Below, one piece after another: positions 56,093 to 64,000 of a DNA stretch of 64,000 bases (positions are counted from its first letter, which is position 1; each line of letters opens with the position of its first letter). The stretch spans positions 28,086,001-28,150,000 of the forward strand of contig OX597835.1 of NCBI GenBank assembly GCA_951406725.2, written 5' to 3'. The notes under the pieces were generated by a model. The model saw nothing but the letters and a program-made list of their open reading frames with translations. It searched no databases and was not told where the DNA came from. Origin of the DNA: Octopus vulgaris (taxonomy: Eukaryota). The position numbers and the translations under genes were made by a program.

Positions 56093-56347
56093 TGCTTGTC
56101 CCAGCTGGCGGAGGTGATTGCCTCCCCTTTGCAAATATAAGGACAAATGTCTCAAAGCCGACAGGAAACGTCGATGTTTCCTAGGGCTAAATGGTGGTGG
56201 TATAATTCCCTTATGGGACTGTCACGTTGAGTTGACAGTATACAACCACTATATCGCTCCACCACCGCTTATGTCTCTCTGAGACATTTAGAAATTCAAT
56301 ATTTCTAAGAAATAATATTATTTACCTGATAAAATAATCTTATCTAC

Positions 56348-56435
56348 ATCATCATCATCATCGTTTAACGTCCATTTTCCATGCTAGCATGGGTTGGATG
56401 GTTCAACCGGGGTCTGGGACACCACCACCACCACC

Positions 56436-56503
<68 letters not shown>

Positions 56504-56870
56504 TTAACGTCTGTTTTGCCAGCTAGCAGGGGTCTGGGAAACCAGGAGGCTGCACCAAGCTCCTGTTTGACCTGGCAGTTTCTACAGCTGGATACCTTTC
56601 CTAACGCCAACCACTCTGTGAGTGTAGGGGGTGCTTTTTATGTGCCACTGGCACAGAAGCCAGTCAAGGCAGCGCTGGCATTGGCCACATTTGGATGGTG
56701 CTTTTTACATGCCACTGGCACAGAAGCCAGTCAAGGTGGCGCTGGCATTGGCCACGTTTGGATGGTGCTTTTTACATGCCACTGGCACAGTATCACAACT
56801 ACAATTTCCATTTGATTTTTATTTTGATGCTGATGTACTTGACTCATTAGGCCTTCTCAAGCACAGCACT
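56348..56870 (-). mobile_element. RTE-like 3'UTR copies with (CAC)/(CAT) tract
   Basis: Same family motifs. Confidence 0.7.
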
Positions 56871-57134
56871 GGTACAATAATTTTATTTACCTGATAAAAT
56901 GATTTTATTTACCTGATAAAATAATTTTATTTACCCAATAAAATACAGCTGCTGTAAAAGAATATAATTGTCCTAAACTTTGGGAAGCAATGATCCATTT
57001 GAGATACAGTAGAAACTTCCTTTCGTTTAATGACAATTAATTTATTAACACCAATTAGCACAAATTCTCTTGACTCTAATAACCAGCACATTTTATGTGT
57101 GTGCATGTGTGTGTTTGTGTGTGTGTATGTGTGA

Positions 57135-57570
57135 ACGTGTGGTCAGCCTCTAATGATATGCATAAGATCTGGTCATCAAATCTAAGTAGAGACTACAAAC
57201 TTAAAGTCTTCAAAGCCACAGTCGAACCAATTCTACTATATGGCTCAGAAACCTGGACGTTATCAAAGAAACTTGAGAGGCGGTTGCATCATCGTGGAAG
57301 CATCATCCAACCAAAATACAGATATATGGGAAACTACCACCTGTGTCATCTCTTGTGAAAGGTAAGAGAGTCCAATTTTCTGGACATTGTTGTAGAGCTG
57401 AAAACAAGGCAATTTCTACTCTCCTCTGGAAGCCATCTGCTCGCGATACCAGAGGGTGCACACTCTCCTACCCTGATGTAATCTCCAGGGATACAGGCAT
57501 CCAGCAACAGGACCTCCGTAATGCCATGATGGACCGTGAAGTCTGGTGTAGCATGGTAAATTCTTGACAA
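57135..57570 (+). mobile_element. RTE/RTEX-like LINE C-terminal fragment
   Basis: KIWSSNLSRDYKLKVFKATVEPILLYGSETWTL...FSGHC...DREVW. Confidence 0.75.
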
Positions 57571-57819
57571 GGATGACCCATAAAGCTGAGTGAAATCATA
57601 ATCATGGCAGATACTGGTGCCACACAAAAATGGCACCTGTGCTGGTGGCATGTGAAAGCACTCATTACACTCTCAAAACCATGCCAAATCAGACTGGAGT
57701 CTGGTGCAGCCCCTCAGCTTACTAGTCCTGGTTAAACCATCCAACCCATGGACAATGGATGTTAAATGATGATGATGATGACACTATTATGATAGCTGCT
57801 TTTTAATGTATAACCGAAT

Positions 57820-58675
57820 AAAGTGATGCAACTGGTACTTATTTTGAACTCAGAACGTAGCGGCAGACGAAATACAGCTAAGCATTTCGCCCAACATGCT
57901 AACGTTTCTTGTTTCTTTATTTCCCACAAGGGGCTACACATAGAGGGGACAAACAAGGACAGACAAACGGATTAAGTCGATTATATCGACCCCAGTGAGT
58001 AACTGGTACTTATTTAATCGACCCCGAAAGGATGAAAGGTAAAGTCGACCTCGGCGGAATTTGAACTCAGAACGTAACAGCAGACGAAATACCTATTTCT
58101 TTACTACCCACAAGGGGCTAAACACAGAGAGGATAAACGGATTAAGTCGATTATATCGATCCCAGTGCGTAACAGGTACTTAATTTATCGACCCCGAAAG
58201 GATGAAAGGCAATATTGACCTCTGCGGAATTTGAACTCAGAACGTTACAGCAGACGAAATACCTATTTCTTTACTACCCACAAGGGGCTAAACACAGAGA
58301 GGACAAACAAGGACAGACAGACGGATTAAGTCGATTATATCGACCCCAGTGCGTAACCGGTACTTAATTTATCGACCCCGAAAGGGTGAAAAGCAAAGTC
58401 GACCTCGCGGAATTTGAACTCAGAACGTAGCAGCAGACGAAATACCTATTTCTTTACCCCACAAGGGGCCAACCACAGAGAGGACAAACAAGGACAGACA
58501 AAGGGATTAAGTCCATTATATGGACTCCAGGGCGTAACTGGTACTTAATTTATCAACCCCGAAAGGATGAAAGGCAAAGTCTATTCCTCGGCGGAATTTG
58601 AACTCAGAACGTAGCGGCAGACGAAATACTGCAAAGCATTTCGCCCGGCGTGCTAACGTTTCTGCCAGCTCGACG
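57820..58675 (-). repeat. Tandem SINE multimer (4-5 units of ~175-190 bp)
   Basis: gaactcagaacgt...cagacgaaatac recurs at ~57846, 58063, 58233, 58416, 58600; the final unit carries the tRNA-like head. Confidence 0.85.
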
Positions 58676-59058
58676 CCTCACAAAACATATAAAGCTGTTT
58701 CGAGTTGTCATGATATATTGTAGTTGTAATTTGTTTTCAATGCTTTCTAATATTTCATATTCAAAACAAAAGGTTAAACCAGGCTGGGGTTGTATTAATG
58801 TGTGGAAATAGTTTAAAATTTGTATGTCTATTGTTTTGATGTTGCAACAGTATAGTGCACACCCTGTGACACCAAACTGCCACAAAATACTATAAACATT
58901 TGTTGGGGTGTCAGGTGTTATTACTCCATAAATTAAAGTAAGACTGTTTCCTACATTAATTCTGTTTGTAGATTAATTGTTGTACGTATTTCACAGTCAC
59001 CGATACACATAAGGAGAAAGGATCTATTTGCAATATTTAAACATGAGATTGAAAAATA

Positions 59059-59090
<32 letters not shown>

Positions 59091-59479
59091 TAAATGAGAA
59101 TAAAAAACGGAATGAGAGAGAGAAAATAATAATAATAATAATAATAATAAAAAACAGCAGAAAGATAGCATTAAATATTTTGAGACTTGGTAAAATTCCT
59201 CTCTTTTCAGTGCCTCACTATCTGTCAAATTTTTGGCAGTCTCTATAAATATATATATTGGAAAAACAATATTCGAAACCTATTTCTTAGAAGTGACTGC
59301 TATATTTTGGTAGAAATAACTTTCTCTTTCTTAGTATTTTTTTTCTTTTCTTTTCTAAATCACAACATAATCTCTGTATATCTTCAATTCGTACACCACA
59401 CAAACAGGTGCACACAGATAGATAGATAGATAGATACATATATACATAGATTTATATTGATATATAGATCTCTAACACA

Positions 59480-59800
59480 TACACACACGCGTGTACAGCT
59501 ACACGCACACACACGCATACGCGCGCGCGCATACATATATACTCTGATGTTTATTTCCCAATCCGAATTTCCCATTTCCCGTCCGCCTTTTTAACCTTGT
59601 GACAACGTTGGAAAGAAATATCCGGCTAGTTCTAAATTCTGAAGGTGGACCATTATTAAACGGATTGCATTACACCGGCCAAAAAAAAAAAGCAAAAACA
59701 AAAAAGAAACAAAAAAAAAAGAAAATTAACGAAAAAGAAGGAAAACCCTGATAGTCTACTTTTGACGGCTTGTTGTAGTTGTTTTTCTTCTTTACCTTCT
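59480..59800 (+). promoter_or_regulatory. Putative promoter/5' region of the FATP-like gene
   Basis: Unique sequence with local CpG enrichment (cgcgcgcgcgc, cccgtccgcc) directly upstream of the exon; TSS not identifiable. Confidence 0.3.
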
Positions 59801-59910
59801 TTAAAATGCAAATCAAAGGTCGATGTGATAAAACAAAAATGCAATCTGGAAGTATAATATATACACCAAAATTCATAACAGGCTTAGTAGGTCGAATACA
59901 ACAGAACAAA

Positions 59911-60074
59911 ATGTTTGTGAAACTTGCTGCCTTCTCCGGCCTGGGTGTCTTACTCGTCCACTCTGCCAGAGTACCCGTTTCTCTGGCCGGGCTAGGTGTG
60001 TTTGGTGCTTATGTTGTTACTGGTGGATGGCATTTCATATGGGTGATTTGCAACACGCTAGGACGAGATCTATG
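59911..60074 (+). CDS. First coding exon of long-chain fatty acid transport protein (FATP/SLC27A1/4-like)
   Basis: MFVKLAAFSGLGVLLVHSARVPVSLAGLGVFGAYVVTGGWHFIWVICNTLGRDL: hydrophobic anchor plus Y-x-x-[ST]GGW-x-F...T-x-x-RDL, as in vertebrate FATP1 (YVGSGGWRFLRIVCKTARRDL) recalled from memory. ATG context aacaaaATG; ends at phase-2 donor TG|gtcagt. In-frame upstream ATGs at 59806 and 59839. No further exons found in the window. Confidence 0.85.
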
Positions 60075-60512
60075 GTCAGTGCCCGTTTCTTTGTTTCTTA
60101 CCTTTTTCTTAATTCTTACCATTTAAAATTCTACCTCACATCCGTTATTCATCATCTTGTTTATTGTATATTGTTTATATAATATAATATAAGATATATA
60201 TATATATATATATGTAGATATATATTACACACGCCCTTCTCTGTGAAACAGATTTGTCTGCGACCGTTTTGCTTATATCTTAATTCGGGTAGTGTATGTA
60301 TTTTTCATATGTGACGGCCAATGAAATAAAACACGGTGACCAACCATTGCAACACCAAGACCACCCTCTTTCGTCGCATCTATGGCAAATATAGAACTTC
60401 TATTTAAACATGATCATCATCAACATCGTTAATGCTTAAAGGAAACGGTGGGATGAGAGATGGTTGGCATGTTTTATTCGCAGTACATATTTACATGTTC
60501 ATATTTCAAAAC

Positions 60513-60711
60513 ATCTATCTATCTATCTGTGTGTGTGTCTATCTATCTGTGTGTGTATCTATCTGTGTGTGTCTATCTATCTATCTATTTGTGTGTGTGT
60601 CTATCTATCTATCTATCTTTCTGTGTACGTATCTATCTGTGTATGTACCTATCTATCTATCTGTGTGTGTGTGTATCTATCTATCTGTGTGTCTATCTAT
60701 CTATCTGTGTG

Positions 60712-60746
<35 letters not shown>

Positions 60747-60831
60747 GTGTGTCTATCTATCTATCTGTGTGTCTATCTATCTATCTGTGTGTCTATCTAT
60801 CTATCTGTGTGTCTATCTATCTATCTGTGTG

Positions 60832-60866
<35 letters not shown>

Positions 60867-60871
60867 GTGTG

Positions 60872-60902
<31 letters not shown>

Positions 60903-60960
60903 GTGTGTCTATCTATCTATCTATCTGTGTATGTGTGTCTACCTGTGTATCTACCTATCT
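60513..60960. repeat. Compound (CTAT)n/(GT)n microsatellite in the FATP intron
   Basis: Direct reading. Confidence 0.9.
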
Positions 60961-61786
60961 CTCTCTCTCTTTATATATATATATATAGATGTCTGTCTGT
61001 ATCTAGCTATGTCTCTCTATCTATCTGTCTATCCATCTCTCTCTACCTATCAGCCTATCTACTTGTTTATACGTATGAAAGTTCTCCGATAATTTTCTAT
61101 CATGTAAATAAATATTTATGTTAATTTAAGAATTTGCCAGCAAAATCTTATAAAATGATAATGTTCTAAAAGATAGAGGTACGTGTTTATATGTTATACA
61201 CGAAAACAAACACCTTCAACTCTATACAGATCGATAAATTAGTGTGCGTTTAAATTATTCATATTTCAACTAAAAAAAATAATAATTTAAAAGAATAAAA
61301 TAACAAAAGCATGTTGTTTTATTCAGTGAGGCCTTTACTTGTTTATTAAACGAAACATTTTGGGTAGAATCAGATAGTGGTAATAGATGTTATACTTAGT
61401 CAATGGTACACGGTCTAACTCAAAGAACCAGTCTTCGGGTACGCGATAGTGTGTTAATAATAATAATGACTATAATATATTAATTCCTGTTTTTCTTGGT
61501 GTTGTAAACACTTAAATGCTGTTTAAATGTCAATGCGTTATTGCTAACGCTTTTACATAAAAAGCACATGCTTGTCCGTTGAATATCCTTGTATGTTTGT
61601 TTCGTTTTCAATTCTAATAGAAACTGTTTTACTTTTCTTTCTTATTAGACATTATATTAGAAAATTTATGAATATATATATATATATATAATAACGAAGG
61701 GTAAATTTAATTAATTAAGAAGTAATCAGTAATTTCACCAAGTAGAATTCGGCATGTAAAAGACCATTTCATGGTAAGCTTAATAA

Positions 61787-61949
61787 ATACTTTATAAATA
61801 GGGTTCAGCAACGATTTGCTTCACCACATACCGTAGTTTAGAAATAGCAGTCAAAAAAGTAGAAGGAATGGCTAAGATTTTTTGACTGCTATTTCTAAAC
61901 TTCGGTATGTGGTGAAGCAAATAGTTGCTGAACCCTAATTATAAAGTAT
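61787..61949. repeat. 72-bp inverted repeat with 19-bp spacer
   Basis: Arms 61787-61858 and 61878-61949, 3 mismatches by eye. Confidence 0.9.
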
Positions 61950-63155
61950 ATATATATGTAAATATAGAACTGAATTTTGGAAATAAATTCTCTATTTCAT
62001 CTCTCTATCTGTCGGTGGTTCATACATCCGAAAAGAAGCAGTCTAAAAAGTGTAAATTTGTGTGTGTGTATGTATGTATGTATGCAGATCAACAAACAAC
62101 ATTGACGAAAGCTCGCTTGAGCTGCTAGAAATAGCAGTCAAACTTTTATCTACTCATCAGCGTCTTGGAGAAAACAAGGCACATCAAAATAATTCATTCC
62201 AGCCATGTGTATGTATATATATATATATGTGTATGTATATATATATATATACATACACACACACACACACACATACATATATGCACATGGCTGGAATGCC
62301 TTTGATCATAGGTTTGCTCAGGTTCAGTCGAAGCTGACCTGTGGTTAAATAAACATCGCGTGTTTAATACATTTCTGTGTTTTAGTAAAACTTAACGAAA
62401 AACGAAACATTACACCAAAAACTCGTTAATTAATCCACAAACAAACAATTGCCAAATTACATAATGTAATATAAAATTAGGTTTTTAAAAAATACCAAGT
62501 GGTGAAATAACCTCTGTGGCGGTCGCTTGGCGCGCTAGAAATAGCAACCAATTTGCACTTTAATCGTACGCTTTTGCCGTGTGGAGAAGGGCCTTGGGAA
62601 GGACGCATTGGATAATGAAGACCCACATAATGATATAGCTTAGAAATAAAACGTGGGGGTGAGGTCACGGTCGATACGTTTTATCAACCTGATCTAAGGT
62701 TGTATAACTCCAACAAACCAGCAAAAAAAGTATAAAAATTATATTGCAAACTGACAAACAAAAGGCCCCTGTATTCCCTCAGTTTATTTTAGATAGTTTC
62801 CTGAAATTGTTCTTGTTTAAATCGTTTGTAAAATGACATATTTCCACCCGTTTTTAATGTTTGTGTTTCTAGGTTAATTATGACAATAATAAAATATTAT
62901 TATTGTTAATAATAATTAGTAGTAGTTGTAATAATCCGAGTTATTTCTAACATATCCACCTGACCTAATCTTGATAGACAACCGAAAAAAAATGAGGGGA
63001 AGGTGCCCCCCTTTACGCGGTCGCTCTACCTGCTGGAAGTAGCAGCCAGATCTCCATCTCTTTCGCTTTCCCTCACATCGCACCCCTATCATAATACGCA
63101 CGGCTCACTAGACTGTGGTCTATATATATATATATACACACAGACATACATGTCT

Positions 63156-63547
63156 GCATACCGATACAAGTGTGCCTGCCGCTGTCTTTGTTGTTTCATA
63201 ACATTCAGAAAAATGAATATTTTTTTATGAAATTTTGTACAGGTATCTTTCAAGGTGTGTAGATCACGATTATATCAGAATTTAGGGAGAGAAAAGAAAA
63301 AAATGGTCAGTACGCACACATGCATATTGATACGTATCACAATATATGAGGAAACAAAGCTGACACGTGTAAATTTTCCGAAACTCCTCTCGCAAGCTCC
63401 GGAAAGAATTCTTCACAAAAGAAATTCCGTTACAATTAGAATCTACACAAAATCGTTTTTGCAGAAAACTTCATTAAAAAATATTCATTTTTCTGAATGT
63501 TATGAGGCAGGAAAATCGGTGATGGGGGCACACTTGTGTAGGTATGC
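63156..63547. mobile_element. Old MITE with ~85-bp imperfect TIRs
   Basis: gcatacc..acaagtgtgcc...tcataacattcagaaaaatgaatattttt / aaaaatattcatttttctgaatgttatga...ggcacacttgt..ggtatgc. Confidence 0.65.
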
Positions 63548-64000
63548 CTCTCTCTCTCTCTCTCTGTATGTGTAATATGGTGTGGTTACGGTTGGATAGC
63601 TTTTAATAGTCGGTCTGCTGAATCTGGACTGACTTGTGACTGAACGGTTGCTGCCACTGCTACTCCATCTCTTGAACAAGAGCTTGGCGGTCGTTCACCC
63701 TACTACAGATAACTGCCAATTAGTTATGTGCAACTCTCCACCCCTTCACTTTTGAAGCTTCATTTTTTAGTATAAGTACGTTTTTTGGATATGCAGAATA
63801 TCGACAGGCAAAAATATTGTTTGATAAAATATTTATCAAAAATTTGAATATTTTTTCGATTATTAAAAGAAATGATAAATCCAAAGCACGTAAAAATAAT
63901 TTTTAAAAAAAGCTATAAACTATCGAAAAACGTATATCTGTAATAAGGTTCAAAAACGTGTTTGTAATTAACGATAATTCTATCAGCTGTCATCATCGAC

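Overview
AT-rich, extremely repeat-dense animal nuclear DNA. The SINE/LINE families and microsatellite load look like an octopod (Octopus) genome; this is an inference from recognised repeat motifs. Almost all ORFs in the track are microsatellite artefacts. Only one host exon is well supported: the first coding exon of a long-chain fatty acid transport protein (FATP/SLC27A1/4-like) at about 59.9-60.07 kb (+), whose next intron appears to run off the window. The rest is tRNA-derived SINEs, RTE/CR1/R4-like LINE fragments, Penelope-like elements (PLEs), hAT/mariner/pogo/piggyBac/Helitron remnants, MITEs, SINE-derived tandem arrays and a small mitochondrial nd5 insertion. Most interesting: (1) a minimal type-I hammerhead ribozyme followed by a multibranched structured module at 56.0-56.3 kb (retrozyme/PLE-like); (2) two MITE families with GG...CC ends that share a (TTAGGG)n G-quadruplex core, with 8-bp TSDs on two of three copies; (3) stacked REL-endonuclease LINEs and a ~550-bp non-coding partner that sit in (AAT)n. 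All alignments and mismatch counts were done by eye; no database searches were run.
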